Positions 12,113 through 28,258 of a DNA stretch of 64,000 nucleotides are shown here, one piece after another (within the stretch, counting starts at the first letter, position 1; every line of letters begins with the position of its first letter). Under the pieces are notes generated by a model. That model worked only from the letters and a program-made list of their open reading frames with translations, searched no databases and was not told the DNA's origin. Source of the DNA: Macrostomum hystrix (Eukaryota; Animalia; Platyhelminthes); assembly GCA_950097015.1 (NCBI GenBank), contig CATNEN010000015.1, positions 496,001 to 560,000 on the forward strand. The letters run 5' to 3'. The translations under genes were made by a program, and so were the position numbers.

Positions 12113-13012
12113 GCCAGTCAGTCAGGTGATGACCTTCAAAATCTAAAACGAGCTTTGTAAATACGGCCCGCGCTTTCATAGTGCCCGGTCACCTCTGCAA
12201 GACTCACTTGAGAAAGCAAACCAGTATCAGCCGTGTGCCGCCTGCCCCACCCCCTGCTGCTCACTCGGGGCAGCTGGCTAGAGGGTCTGCAGCTTGCTCA
12301 ACCTCAGAGCAGTGAGTGAATCAACACAATACCCAGTCTAGCACTGCCCGCAGCGAGTCAGAACTGGTATTGTTACATGCTCCGACCAGACAATCGGACC
12401 AGATATTGTGGGCGTTGTGCGTTTGCTCAATTCTTGAGGAAAATTTACTAGTAAGTTTTAAGAGATAAACACACTTCTCTGAAAGCTCCGAATATAGAAT
12501 CTGGAGAGACAACTCCACCGCTAAACCAACATTTTCCGGATTAAATTGGAGCCGATTAATCGAGCTAGATTTTGACCGGAAAAGTGTGTTTTTGGAAAAC
12601 TGCCTTAAGATCTGTGGCAGACATTGTCTTACTAAAATCAAGAATTAATAATGACCATGAAAGTTCTTGTTGCTTCTGACCAATTATTGAGCAAGAAAAT
12701 GAATTCCCTGTGCTTCAGTTCAGCCAGTTGTAAAATGGGTTCCAGAATAAGCTGGGTTAGGAATTGGAGTGCCATTCCCAGTGCACAGACTGAACAGTCG
12801 CAGAGCAATAGCTGACTGTCCCAACTGGCTGCACATGACAAATGTCACTTTAATTTTTCTTCTTACATAAAGCTGCTGGTCTGAGATTCATCAGGACAGC
12901 ACGGAGCAACTGTTTCTGGTTAGAAGGGTGAAGATGACTCGGTGATTCTGAGTACTAGCCACAAATGTCTATGGTCGATCGTAGGTCAGGTGATTCTCGC
13001 CATCAGCAGAGC

Positions 13013-13212
13013 ACACATACACACACATCCACACTCACATACACACACATCCACACACACATCCACACACATCCACACTCACATACACACACGTACACAC
13101 ACACACACATACACTCACATACACACACACACACATACACACACACATACACACACACACACACACACATACACACACACACACACATACACACACACAC
13201 ACACATACACAC
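13013..13212. repeat. (CA)n/(CACATA)n microsatellite
   Basis: About 200 bp of CA-rich simple repeat. Confidence 0.97.
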
Positions 13213-13761
13213 AGATTTGTCTGCAAGAAAAAGCCGTTTCAAATTAGTCGCAGCTTTAGCATAACTCCACCTTGAACTGAGGTTATAGAATTGTAAAACT
13301 AAACGTGGGCATAGTAAATTAAGCGAGCTACATTATATGCACAGTGCCAGGTATATACATCTAACTTTTTTTAAATGCATAAAAGCAAGGAATTAATTTT
13401 TTCTGCCCCAGTTTGCCACTTTAATTTTCATTGTTTCTCAGCAGTGCAGTTTAAGCTAGGTTAGCCGAACAAGAAATTATGTTTTAAGGACAATGAGGTC
13501 GGACTCACACCATGGCCTATCCTACCCGAAGCACCTTCAACAGCTCAACGGGCCAACAGACAGTTTGTTCCGAGTAGCTAACGTTGTACGCTAACAGCTC
13601 TGGCCAGCATATACCGACACTACAATATAGACTATGCGTGAAAATGAGCAACTAATATGATTTGAAACTGAACACAAAAGCTGCTACCACACTACTTTCA
13701 GTAGGAGCTTGACATACTAGCAATTTTCCAAACGACTTTTTTAAGTTATTTCAATCATATT

Positions 13762-14960
13762 CTGACACAATACCCGCACCTGTCAGTTAAAGTCAATTGT
13801 GACAGTTCTGAGACTGACACAATACCCGCTCCTGTCAGTTAAAGTCAACAGTGACAGTTCTGAGACTGACACAATACCCGCACCTGTCAGTTAAAGTCAA
13901 TTGTGACAGTTCTGAGACTGACACAATACCCGCTCCTGTCAGTTAAAGTCAACAGTGACAGTTCTGAGACTGACACAATACCCGCTCCTGTCAGTTAAAG
14001 TCAATTGTGACAGTTCTGAGACTGACACAATACCCGCTCCTGTCAGTTAAAGTCAACAGTGACAGTTCTGAGACTGACACAATACCCGCTCCTGTCAGTT
14101 AAAGTCAACAGTGACAGTTCTGAGACTGACACAATACCCGCACCTGTCAGTTAAAGTCAATTGTGACAGTTCTGAGACTGACACAATACCCGCTCCTGTC
14201 AGTTAAAGTCAACAGTGACAGTTCTGAGACTGACACAATACCCGCTCCTGTCAGTTAAAGTCAATTGTGACAGTTCTGAGACTGACACAATACCCGCTCC
14301 TGTCAGTTAAAGTCAACAGTGACAGTTCTGAGACTGACACAATACCCGCTCCTGTCAGTTAAAGTCAACAGTGACAGTTCTGAGACTGACACAATACCCG
14401 CACCTGTCAGTTAAAGTCAATTGTGACAGTTCTGAGACTGACACAATACCCGCACCTGTCAGTTAAAGTCAATTGTGACAGTTCTGAGACTGACACAATA
14501 CCCGCTCCTGTCAGTTAAAGTCAACAGTGACAGTTCTGAGACTGACACAATACCCACACCTGTCAGTTAAAGTCAACAGTGACAGTTCTGAGACTGACAC
14601 AATACCCGCACCTGTCAGTTAAAGTCAATTGTGACAGTTCTGAGACTGACACAATACCCGCACCTGTCAGTTAAAGTCAATTGTGACAGTTCTGAGACTG
14701 ACACAATACCCGCTCCTGTCAGTTAAAGTCAACAGTGACAGTTCTGAGACTGACACAATACCCGCACCTGTCAGTTAAAGTCAACAGTGACAGTTCTGAG
14801 ACTGACACAATACCCGCACCTATCAGTTAAAGTCAATTGTGACAGTTCTGAGACTGACACAATACCCGCTCCTGTCAGTTAAAGTCAATTGTGACAGTTC
14901 TGAGACTGACACAATACCCGCACCTGTCAGTTAAAGTCAATTGTGACAGTTCTGAGACTG
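13762..14960. repeat. Minisatellite, 52-bp unit x ~23
   Basis: CTGACACAATACCCGC(T/A)CCTGTCAGTTAAAGTCAA(CA/TT)GTGACAGTTCTGAGA, with two biallelic positions. Confidence 0.97.
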
Positions 14961-14964
14961 ATGG

Positions 14965-15172
14965 GATGTGTGCAATTGACGCCCTTGAGGAACAACCTCC
15001 AAGGTACAGTGAGAGTGTACACTGCCTGACGATGAGTGAGCGAGCAATATCTGTGTGCGTGTGTGCTCAGGAGTCAGTGGAATGAGCAGAATTGCCTCCT
15101 CGCTGTCTGCGGGTCTAGTGTCACCAAATGATGTGCCGCTGTCTGCAGCCCTCCAGCAATTATTATTATTTA
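14965..15172 (+). mobile_element. SINE family 2, 5'-truncated copy
   Basis: Matches the body and 3' end of the 11475 copy (GTGTACACTGCCTGACGATGAG...GCGGGTCTAGTGTCACC) and has an (ATT)n tail. Confidence 0.7.
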
Positions 15173-15376
15173 CAATACCTGTGACTGCAGATATAATAAT
15201 TCAAGCCGAAGCAACGCAAAAAAGGTTGAGATTCAGAGTTTCTTAGAAAAGCTTGTACAATGAATTGACGCATAATGACTGAAATGCTTATACATTTTTA
15301 CACTTCTCCAATAACAAACGCAAACAGAATGATTGCAACAGATTGAACAAAATCAATACAATTTCCTGGAAACTGG

Positions 15377-17169
15377 CTAGTCCACGTCATCAGCAGCCAC
15401 GTCATCAGCAGCCACGTCATCAGCGAGGTCGGCCTGGCCGAAGTACCTGGCTACCAGGCAGACGATGAGACTCAGCGGTGCAGCGGCCGGATGCCGGCGA
15501 CCGCCAGGCAGCCGCAGCCGCTCGCGTCGACAGGCGCGCGCCAGCCGCCGCAGCCGGTCGGCCTCCTCGGAGGTCAAGGGAGTCCGAAGGACGGCCAGCA
15601 GGGCGAACAGCCACTGGCCGAGACGGTCGGTGAAGGGCAGCGGCTCCGGACCCGTGAGCCACAGGGCGTGGTGGCTGAGCAGGGCGAGCAGGCAGCTGCG
15701 GGGAAGCCGACTCACCAGACTCACCTGCGGTAAAGGAAGAGGCGACTGGCTGAGATGCAGGGACCTGATGCTTGGAGATGCAGGGACCTGATGCTTGGAG
15801 ATGCAGGGACCTGATGCTTGGAGATGCAGGGACCTGATGCTTGGAGATGCAGGGACCTGATGCTTGGAGATGCAGGGACCTGATGCTTGGAGATGCAGGG
15901 ACCTGATGCTTGGAGATGCAGGGACCTGATGCTTGGAGATGCAGGAACCTGATGCTTGGAGATGCAGGGACCTGATGCTTGGAGATGCAGGGACCTGATG
16001 CTTGGAGATGCAGGGACCTGATGCTTGGAGAGTTTATAAGTTGCCAGGAAGCACCAAGGCACTCACCAACGGCAGATGACCATCAACCTCAGCATCTGGC
16101 TCAGCCTCATCTTTCTTTTTCTTCTCTCCGTCTCCAGAATCCTCCACTGAGCCATCCTCATCTGCGGACTCGCCCTCGTCGCTATCCTCGTCCTCCTCCT
16201 CCTCGGTCTTCCAGTCGCCGGCGGCGGTGCCCCCGGTGGTGCCGTAGCAGAAACGCCGCCAGCCGGGCGCGTCAGCGGGCTTCGGTAGGCTCGGCGGCGG
16301 GGCAGCGGCGCGGGCGGACAGGCGGCAGTCCGCTAGACGTTCGCGCAGCTCAGCGAATGCGGCCACCTGCTCCAGCTGCCACTCAGCTGAGTGCGCCCAG
16401 TCCGGAGTGGCTGGGATGCCGCCCCCGCCAGCTGCGTTGGAGCCGCTGGCTGCATTCGCCGAGGAAAGCACCGAGGACACCTGCATGCCGCGACACTTGG
16501 AGTCCGGCCAAACCAATGCCGGCTGCGCCGCTTTCAGCTTGGCCTGCTGCTGACCTGGCGAGGGGACGGGTTGCTTAGCAACCACAACCTTGGGACAGCG
16601 GCGAGCCTCCACCATCACGCTGCGAAGGTATTCCTGGATGGTGCGATAGCGGCGGGAGTGTTGACTAATCGAATCACAGGCGGATGGGGTGGGTGATGAC
16701 CAATCAAATCACAGGTGGATGGGGTGGGTGATGGCCAATCAAATCACAGGCGGATGGGGTGGGTGATGGCCAATCAAATCACAGGCGGATGGGGTGGGTG
16801 ATGGCCAATCAAATCACAGGCGGATGGGGTGGGCGATGGCCAATCAAATCACAGGCGGATGGGGTGGGTGATGGCCAATCAAATCACAGGCGGATGGGGT
16901 GGGTAATCATGGGCAATACCAGGTGGGCAATGAACACTAGACAGTCCAGAAGCCATCATGCAGTTTACCTGGGCACTGCAGGGCTGTTGTGAACCAGACG
17001 CCCCGGAGCCGCCTTCAAGGTCAACGCCGTCGCCAAATCCGAGCACGGGTCGCTGAACATCTTCATAGTCTCCATCGTCGTCATCGTCATCATTGTCGTC
17101 ATCGTAATCGTCAGGCTCTTCGAATTTCTCGGCATTTTCATTCGATGCCGCCTTGGTTAGCGACTGCAT
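15377..17169 (-). CDS. gemin2: Gemin2 (SMN-interacting protein 1), ~371 aa; exons 17169-16969, 16633-16067, 15724-15377
   Basis: Spliced SAQEYLRSVMVEARRCPKVVVA, EWQLEQVAAFAELR, LPKPADAPGWRRFC, GQWLFALLAVLRTPL, LRRLARAC, and C-terminal LIVCLVARYFGQADLAD. Both introns are phase 0 GT-AG. Confidence 0.88.
15752..16030. repeat. Minisatellite, 23-bp unit x ~12 (Gemin2 intron 2)
   Basis: GAGATGCAGGGACCTGATGCTTG in tandem. Confidence 0.97.
16668..16905. repeat. Minisatellite, 35-bp unit x ~7 (Gemin2 intron 1)
   Basis: AATCAAATCACAGGCGGATGGGGTGGGTGATGGCC in tandem. Confidence 0.95.
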
Positions 17170-17310
17170 TGCGGCGGATCCGGCTGGCTGAAATTTTTTA
17201 TGTTTTTGTAACACTGATTATACCACTTACTTAGCAGCGTAATCAGTTTGAATGTTTTTAATCTTTGAATCGTTTTTAACCCCATTCTTTATTGAGGATG
17301 AAAAATAATG

Positions 17311-17575
17311 GAGGTGGAATAGAATGGATTGCTAGTCTATTCTCAATGGATGGTGGAATAGAATGGATTGCTAGTCTATTCTCAATGGATGGTGGAATAG
17401 AATGGATTGCTAGTCTATTCTCAATGGATGGTGGAATAGAATGGATTGCTAGTCTATTCTCAATGGATGGTGGAATAGAATGGATTGCTAGTCTATTCTC
17501 AATGGATGGTGGAATAGAATGGATTGCTAGTCTATTCTCAATGGATGGTGGAATAGAATAGATTGCTAGTATATT
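17311..17575. repeat. Minisatellite, 39-bp unit x ~6.5
   Basis: GGTGGAATAGAATGGATTGCTAGTCTATTCTCAATGGAT in tandem. Confidence 0.96.
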
Positions 17576-18364
17576 CTCTATACAGATTGCATAGAAGAAA
17601 AACGCGGAAACGTCCATAATATTTAGGATTATTAAACGCAAAAACTGCTTTATGGCGGAATAGAATTGTCCCATTAGAATTCTCATACTCGTACTTTACT
17701 AAGTTTACTTAAGTTAAGAGTAAAATATAATTGATTAGCAAAACAGAAAAAGAAGTTTAGCAGACTTCCTGGGCAAAACACGGATTCAAAAAAGGTAGAA
17801 TAGCAAAAAGATAGATTAAAAAGGTGGATGAGAACACAAACGTTAACCAATGAATAGCAGCGATGCGACAATTTAGGGAGGCTCGTGAGTTTAAATAAAC
17901 TATTGTATTTCTAAGCAGACTCGGCTGACAGAACAAGCATACAGTAAATTCCTGGGCTGTGGGCTGATGGTGGATAAACACAATAATAACAATTAGCTGG
18001 CAGAGGATAAAAACTTATAGAAAAAATGTAAGGAAAAAAATGAATTTACCTGATAGATTCGAGAATCAAGGACTGAGAAATTGTCAAACATAATTAACTT
18101 TGCGATTAAAAAAATTCATTACCTGATTACTGAACAGATTAGCGCAAACTGCGACCTAAGCAGAACCTTCTGCCACCTGCGCTCTACAAACTCGCGTCCT
18201 AGGCAACGCTAATTACGACAAAAGTGAGCAAGCGTCAAGCAATTCAAAAAGTAACATGGGCGCATTGAGTACATTTGATAACAATGAGGTATTGTTCGCT
18301 TCGTTTACATTCAAAAGTTTAACTGACTCAGGTAGGCGCGACTCGCTGTCAAATATCGATTACA

Positions 18365-19180
18365 TTGGCTGGAAGTCTGTGTACACTGAATGGTAGGAAA
18401 GCAGGGATTGGCTGGAGCCTGTGTACACTGAATGGTAGGAAAGCAGGCATTGGCTGGGAGCCTGTGTACACTGGGTGGTAGGAAAGCAGGCATTGGCTGG
18501 GAGCCTGTGTACACTGGGTGGTAGGAAAGCAGGCATTGGCTGGGAGCCTGTGTACACTGAATGGTAGGAAAGCAGGCATTGGCTGGGAGCCTGTGTACAC
18601 TGGGTGGTAGGAAAGCAGGGATTGGCTGGGAGCCTGTGTACACTGAATGGTAGGAAAGCAGGCATTGGCTGGGAGCCTGTGTACACTGGGTGGTAGGAAA
18701 GCAGGGATTGGCTGGGAGCCTGTGTACACTGAATGGTAGGAAAGCAGGGATTGGCTGGAGCCTGTGTACACTGAATGGCAGGAAAGCAGGCATTGGCTGG
18801 GAGCCTGTGTACACTGGGTGGTAGGAAAGCAGGGATTGGCTGGGAGCCTGTGTACACTGAATGGTAGGAAAGCAGGGATTGGCTGGAGCCTGTGTACACT
18901 GAATGGCAGGAAAGCAGGCATTGGCTGGGAGCCTGTGTACACTGAATGGCAGGAAAGCAGGCATTGGCTGGGAGCCTGTGTACACTGGGTGGTAGGAAAG
19001 CAGGGATTGGCTGGGAGCCTGTGTACACTGAATGGTAGGAAAGCAGGGATTGGCTGGAGCCTGTGTACACTGAATGGCAGGAAAGCAGGCATTGGCTGGG
19101 AGCCTGTGTACACTGAATGGTAGGAAAGCAGGCATTGGCTGGGAGCCTGTGTACTCTGGGTAGAAGGAAATCAGGGATTG
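18365..19180. repeat. Minisatellite, 42/43-bp unit x ~19
   Basis: GCCTGTGTACACTG(AA/GG)TGGTAGGAAAGCAGG(C/G)ATTGGCTGG(G)A in tandem. Confidence 0.96.
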
Positions 19181-19631
19181 GATGTCGCCTGAGGTTGTAA
19201 AACCAGTTTGTGTGAATTGTTGCGTAAGCACATAAGCAAGGAATTATTCGATAGAAATAATAAGACTCTGAGGAAAATTAGCAAACCAGGAAAGTGCAGT
19301 TAGAAACGATCACATTCACTGATAGCCCTAATAGTTTGCATTGAACGCGCTTTAATTAACAAAAATAAAATAAGGACACAATGACTTTGCATTATTTGCT
19401 TAATAATCCACATTAAAGTACATTGAGTTAGAAGTACAGTTATCTAACAAGACAATGAGGTGGGAAACTATAACGACTGCTTCAAAAAATACAATCGAGA
19501 CATCAAACAGATGGGGGGACTTGAATGAAGGGGCTGCATCGATTCTGGATAAATATCAGCTGGGCTAATGTGACATATGTGGCTAAACTGAGATTTAACT
19601 GGAGATAATTGACCAGCTTGTACTCATAGGG

Positions 19632-19895
19632 GACTGCTAGCTAATCTGCAGCATGGACTGCTAGCTAATCTGCAGCATGGACTGCTAGCTAATCTGCAGC
19701 ATGGACTGCTAGCTAATCTGCAGCATAGACTGCTAGCTAATCTGCAGCATAGACTGTTAGCTAATCTGCAGCATAGACTGTTAGCTAATCTGCAGCATAG
19801 ACTGCTAGCTAACCTGCAGCATTGACTGTTAGCTAATCTGCAGCATTGACTGTTAGCTAATCTGCAGCATAGACTGCTAGCTAATCTGCAGCATT
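19632..19895. repeat. Minisatellite, 24-bp unit x ~11
   Basis: GACTG(C/T)TAGCTAATCTGCAGCAT(G/A/T) in tandem. Confidence 0.95.
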
Positions 19896-20769
19896 CTATA
19901 AATTCGTATCGCTATCTAGCTTAGCTGTTTGAACCCACCCAGCAATCAGCAATGGCTGTCACACCAGACACAAAGTAACACAGGAGCAACAATAAGCTTG
20001 AGACAATGGAAATAATTTAAAAGAAAATAAAATAGGAAAAAGTAGCTCAGTATCGTCTTTTTCAGGGCAGGCTTTAGCATATATTGGCTATTAGCTATCG
20101 AATTATAACTATAATAATGTTTATTAACTAAGCTGGTAATAAGCTCAATAGACAGGAGAATATATAGAACTGAAAACTATATATGCATATAAAACTTCAT
20201 TCACAATGACAAAAAAATAGTTACAAAAAACTATTAAAACAAAGTACATCCACAACAGGGGTTAGCAATAGTTCAGCAAAGCATATTGTACTTATGTAAT
20301 ACAGGGCCGCTTACTCTCGTGTACAATGCTATATACACGCAAACACTAGAACTGCTCAAACTCACATCTGCTCACATATTTAATCTCGAATTAGTTTCAA
20401 ACAGACAAACTTATCAGACTATGTACAGGCGATGACTGTGTCTGGCGCTCATTAGACTGATGAATGACCAAAAAAATAGATGAATAAAGAATTCACATTG
20501 ATAGCATGATCAACAGCTTGATTATCAATGCTAATTAGCAGTATCTGCAGCTCCAGTTGTACACACCATCAAGCAATGACGAACACCAAATGGACTCCCG
20601 GAGGCCGGGATTCCATTGAAATCAGCGAGACACAAAATTAACCAGAGCTGGCGCGATTCCATGTGGAGCAACTTCTGCAAACTGTTAATTATTGAGATTG
20701 CTGTCTACTCTCAGTAGTACAACAGCAGCTACTTTCAGACATTCTCATTAGATTTTATTTTACTTTACT

Positions 20770-21135
20770 AAACATACCCTGAATGGGATTCTTTCATAAA
20801 CATACCCTAAATGATATACTTTCTTAACAATCCCCTAAATCGGATTCTTTCCTAAACATCCCCTAAATAGGATTCTTTCTTATACATCCCCTAAATGGGA
20901 TACTTTCTTAACAATCCCCTAAATGGGATTCTTTCCTAAACATCCCCTAAATAGGATACTTTCTTAAGGCAAGAATCCCATTTAGGGAATGTTTAGGAAA
21001 TAATCCTATTTAGGGGATGTTTAGGAAATAATCTCATTTCTTGGTGTTAGGAAAGAATCCCCTGAATGGGATTCTTTCTTAAAGATCCCCTAAATGGGAT
21101 TATTTTCCGAACACCCCTAAATGGGATACTTCTAA
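20770..21135. repeat. Diverged ~39-bp tandem repeat with an internal inverted block
   Basis: AAACATCCCCTAAATGGGATTCTTTC-type units. The block at ~20968-21055 is the reverse complement (AAGAATCCCATTTAGGGAATGTTT). Confidence 0.75.
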
Positions 21136-21383
21136 AAGCATCACTTATACGCTACCGAAGGTTCACCACATATTCCCATTTTATAGATTTTTCCCAAAAT
21201 ATATAACTTTTAAGTGTTCCCTAAATTAGTTGTATTCTTCCTTAAACATCCCAAACTCCCTAGATCCCTAAATCCCTAGATCTCCCTAGTACGCAAGTAT
21301 TAATTCAAAGCTGACCAACTCACAGTCCCAGGCGCTACTGAGCACAGTACATCTGAGATGCCAACGCAGGATACTCGGGCAGT

Positions 21384-23404
<2,021 letters not shown>

Positions 23405-23929
23405 GATATTGTCCTGCAATCTTAGAATCCCGTTTTGCTGTTTTGAAAATATTTAAATCATGTATGATAAATATAAACATAAACATGCATGAGTATGTCA
23501 GCAATGTCAGGCTGTCAGTCATGAGAGAATGTGTGCGATGTGAGGGAAGTTGAAATTCATCAGCTAATAAAATTTATTAATTAAAAACAATAATTACTTT
23601 TTCTAATATATTTAATTAATTAATTTCAAATTAATTTAAATATGAAAAGCTTTTAGTAGTTATTAAAAAGTAGCACACAAAAAGATTAGCTATTTCATTT
23701 TGTTCACTTTTTTCACATTTTTTATTAAAATTTTATTATCAGACAGTAAGGTTTTTAAAGTGTAAAAATCACAATTAAAATTTTTTTTTTGAAAAAAAAA
23801 CCTTTATTATCCTAAACTACAACTTATTAGAAAGTTTTGACAAGACAAACAAATATAACATTTAAATGTGAACAAATAAACATATTTTGTTGTAAATACA
23901 AAATGTTTTGTCACCAGCATGGATTATGT

Positions 23930-24690
23930 GAAGCTGAGTGCATGCTGGATTCCACGCCTTCTGACACCAGACCTGAAAGAGCAGCGGCAGCAAGTGTGCC
24001 AGGAGAATCTGGAGCTTGTCAGGCAACATGGTGGATAGGAAACGTTTCGGCAAATTGTTGTTACTGGTGACAAGAAGTGGGTGCCTCACTTCAATCCCCC
24101 CACCAAACAGGAGTCCAAGGTTTGGACAATCAGGGGTTCAGACCCCCCTGTTAAGGCACGTCGAGAGTCTCACTGCAAAAAGGTGCTTCTAACAGTTCTT
24201 TGTTCTTTGTTCTTCGACAGAAATGGACCACTTACAATCGAATTTCTTGAGCCAGGGAATTGCTTCCCTTGAAAAATTGAAGTTTGAAATCTGGAACAAG
24301 TGTTGGGTTGGAATCAAGCCCTTTCTTCTCCACCACAACAAGGCCAGACCCCATACTGCTCAGAAGACCTCTGAGGCTGTCAGCAGACTCAAGTTTAATA
24401 TTTTGCCTGATCTACCGTATTTGCCTGATCTGGCACTAGCACATTTCGCCTTATTTCCACTAATGAAGTCGCATCTCTGAGGTAAAGTTCATGAGAACCG
24501 TGACACCCTCGAACAGGCAGTGCGGAATGTCCTGCTCAACAAAATTCCATGCAAGAGTTATGCCAACACTATTGACAGTTTGTTCAGTCGGTGGCAAAAA
24601 TGCCTTCAGCTCAGCGGTGACTACGTTGAGAAGTCAAGCATTCCCACCGAGTGAAGAGGAGTATTTCAATTGATACAAGTAAATTCTGCA
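23930..24690 (+). pseudogene. Mariner (DD34D) transposase relic
   Basis: VTGDKKWVPHFNPPTKQESKVW, HHNKARPH, PYLPDLA..FALF, RWQKC...GDYVEK, with frameshifts and stop codons. Confidence 0.8.
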
Positions 24691-27379
24691 TATTTGCAAC
24701 CAGTCAACTGTTGGTCATTTTTCTTGCTTGTTGATTTACTGTAAATCTATGGCTAATGTCCCATTAGTTTTTCATTGATAACTTCTCTTTCCTTAGTCTG
24801 TTAGAAAAAAGATTTTAATTATTATAAAGAAGAGACCTGCCTCTATAAGACTGTAAAATCACATTATTTGAACCATTGTTCTAATTAGAACCATTAGAAC
24901 AAAATATATAATCAAAAGTAACACTACTTTTGGGACAGCCCTTGTAATTTATTGTATAATATTTTGTTATAAGCCCTATTTGGAGCCAATAGGGTTTTTT
25001 GTGGACAGCGTCCCGCGCGCTTGTGAAAAATTGCCTGCGAGGCTGCGCAGAAAGAAATTCCTGTCTGGGCAGCCACGCCTTGTGTGTGTAAAGTTGTCGT
25101 AAGTATGTAGATGTATAACAAACAGTGCAACCTTGCTCCGCAGAGCCCGAGTGCGTAAAGACAACCTTAGCTGTTTTTTTGCAAAATTTTGCAAAATCAC
25201 CACATACCTGTTCCATTTTTAGAAATACACTACAGAGATAAAAAAAGGTCTTTTGACATTTTTCGTGAAATCAATTACTACATTGAGTCAGACTGAAGAT
25301 ATATAGCAATTGCGGATTTGTGATTTTTTTCTTGAAACCAACTGCGCACCTGCGCGCCTAGCAGGAGTGTCCGCAGCTTTTTTAAATTTGCTCCATTAGG
25401 GGTTATAAGTTAAAATTTCCTTGGTCATAATATAAAAGTCGCTACCAATTTGAAATCAATATACCACAATTAAAAGTTAGAAGCTCATATTTGTGCCAAA
25501 AAAGAAGAATAAGCAGACTAAATTTATTAAGAAACTGACCATGATAAGGTAAGATATATATATATAAAAGAGCCCTATGACACTATTTTTAAGTTCAGTA
25601 TAAAAAGGCACATTTAAATAAGTTGATTAATAGAGATACTAAAGAGTTTTTGCGTAATTCCTATGTTGTTACACATATATAGCCTGCAAAAGCCTGCTGT
25701 TTTTGGTGCCTGCCAAGTGCCTTACTGTTTTTGGCACCTGTCCGGTGCCCTTCTGTTTTCGGCGCCTGCCTGGTGCCTAACTGTTTCTACTTTATTTTAA
25801 CTTATAAGATTAAACAACAAAGAGACTTTGACAAAAAAATTTCTTCACCAAAAAATAAAACAATACTTAAGCTTCTAACCTTCTTGTACTCTCTGAACAC
25901 TTAATTTCACATCTATTACTTTTTTTAATCTATTTGTCTTTCAAAAACTATTAATTGACACTAAAATAACCTGAAGTTGTGTTTGTGTATGATTTTTGCA
26001 ACTGAAATCTGAGCTATTTCATGTGGTCAAAATGTGTTTTGTGCTTGTTTTAATTTGAACCAAAGATTTTTTAAATATTGATTTAAGATTGATGAATTGA
26101 CAACATGAAACATTTAAAAATTTGGGTGAAGAAAGCAACAAACAGTAGTAAAATTTATATTATATTCATGACACCTAATAAATTTGTTTTGGTCTTACTT
26201 GCTGCTGTAGGCCTACTAGTCAGTTTTTTTAAAGGAAGTGCTCATTCCCACAGTCCTGTGCAGATAATTTTAAATTTTATTCACATGGATCTGTGCGGAT
26301 AATTCTCTGCCTATCCACATGGCAGCTTGTTGTGCCAATAACTTTAAGAACTTAAACTTTAAGCACACATTTTACAGGAACTGTGTAGTAATTTTCATGT
26401 ACTATATAAAACTGGTCATACATGTTTTCCAGAACCTGCAGTACCTGTAGTAGTGCCTCTTTTAATGACAAGCAATGCACACATTAAATTTCGAATAATT
26501 GTTAATTTTGAATATGTAACGTTGCTAACATCTAGCCGGCATCAGAAACAGCAAAAGATTTAGTAAGTATTTATTACAATAATTAAAAAGGATAACATTA
26601 ATGTTCGTTAATGAATGTTTAGGTCGAAATGTATAACACTGTTGTAACACACTGGCAACTTTGTCGATCTATTGCCTATTGGCTCGAGAGTTCAACAAAA
26701 CATTCAAACCTGAAAGGGCCTTGTTTCAGGCCTAGGCCTAGGATATATAGGATTCATACAAGCTGCCGTGTGGGTAAGCAGAAAATTATCGGCACGGATC
26801 CGTGGGAATAAGCTCTGCCTTTTTAAAAAGCCTAAAAAAGCAGGGCGGGCTAAGCCGCTAAGGCTAAGCAAAACACGTGTTAGTAGAAGTAAAAACTGTA
26901 TTACAAAAGCTGGAAAATGGCAATATTGGTTAAAAATAAAAATTTGGCGTTTAATTGTTTAGATTCTAACGACTAAAAACATGTTAATGACTTAATAGTG
27001 GCTAAATTTCAAGACACGACACGAGTCCTAATTAACTCCAATAGCGATTCTAAGTAAAACAGCAAATTATGACGATTTTTAACATTTCAAAAGTTTAATA
27101 TTAAGCTTTTAAATGGCTTAAACAAATTACTATTACTTTTAAATATAAAATAGAAGTTAAAATACAGAAAAAAGTTAAATGCGCTACATTTATCAAAAAA
27201 TAAATGTCTATAACAAGTACAAGCAGGACATTTTAGCTAAGTAAATTAAATCCCGGTCACGCGGTTAATTGCTTAAATTTGGCTAGGCCTATCCTAGTAT
27301 AGATAGTTTTACATGTTGAAACAATATTATAATCGTAACCTTCCACCAAATAACTTATTTATTAACAATTTTCTTAAAG

Positions 27380-27900
27380 TTCAAAATTACAGTGGGTAAT
27401 AGTGTGACACCTAGTACAGGAAGTTCTTGTAGGTATTGTTCAATAATGAGGTGCCACCATAGTTTGGCTATTGCCAGGACTTCCCAGCTCCAGGAGCTCC
27501 TCCACTCTTCTGGTGCAGTGCACAGTTGCATTGTTTTGGTGAAAAATCACGCCTCTTTCCAGCAAACCAGGCCGCTTTTTCCTGATGGCTGGTCTCAATT
27601 TTTCTTGCAGTAGGCCTACCTGTCAGGCTGTCACTCTGTCAGTAGTAGGCCTATTCTGCATTCACCTTGGTGCCAATTGGCATTGGCCAATCCACCAGGA
27701 CCCCATGGATGTCAAAGAAGACTATGTGCATCACCTTCAAGGAGCTCTGATTCCATTGAACCTTCTAAGGACTCGCTGATTCTCTGTGCTGACAGGCAAG
27801 AAGGAACTGCTGACAGGTGCTTAAGCTCAGGATCCCGCTCATAGACCCATGTCTCATCTCCTGTCAAAATCATACATGCGCAACCTCCCAAATCTTAGCC
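27380..27900 (-). pseudogene. Second mariner transposase relic
   Basis: Minus strand gives ILTGDETWVYERDPE, MHIVFFDIHGVLVDW and RPGLLERGVIFHQNNA; disrupted. Confidence 0.75.
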
Positions 27901-28258
27901 GGCCGTGCGACTTAGTTTTTGCTCTCATTTGCAACTTAGTTCATTTCATTGCTCTATTTACGACTTAGTTTGCTCTCATTTGCTCTCTTTTTCTCTCCCC
28001 TTTTTCCTTTTCTTCACGCCTTCCTTTTTTGTCCCTTGGTCCCCCTTTGATTTTTTGCGCTTGGTCTATTGGTTTTTTCGACTTACCTTGCTTGGCCTTC
28101 GTTTCACCCAGCTGGTTCAGCCGGTTCGGCCGGGTGTTGCGCATGTATGGTCAAAATTATTTTAAGAAAGAAGTTGCTTACCTCTTGATTAATCCATCAA
28201 AGGTGCAAAGTTGCTACCTGAAATATGAATCAAAAAGCATATTATAAGTATAGTCATA

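Noticed and set aside
12942-13264. His/Thr-rich and Cys/Val-rich ORFs
   Set aside because: They are translations of the (CA)n microsatellite.
16570-16582. Perfect RFX X-box GTTGCTTAGCAAC (and a near match at 53713-53726)
   Set aside because: The first lies inside Gemin2 coding sequence and the second has no identified ciliary target gene; chance matches are likely.
18311-19231. Long ORFs of 236-306 aa on the minus strand
   Set aside because: They are translations of the 42/43-bp minisatellite in several frames, with no unique coding sequence.
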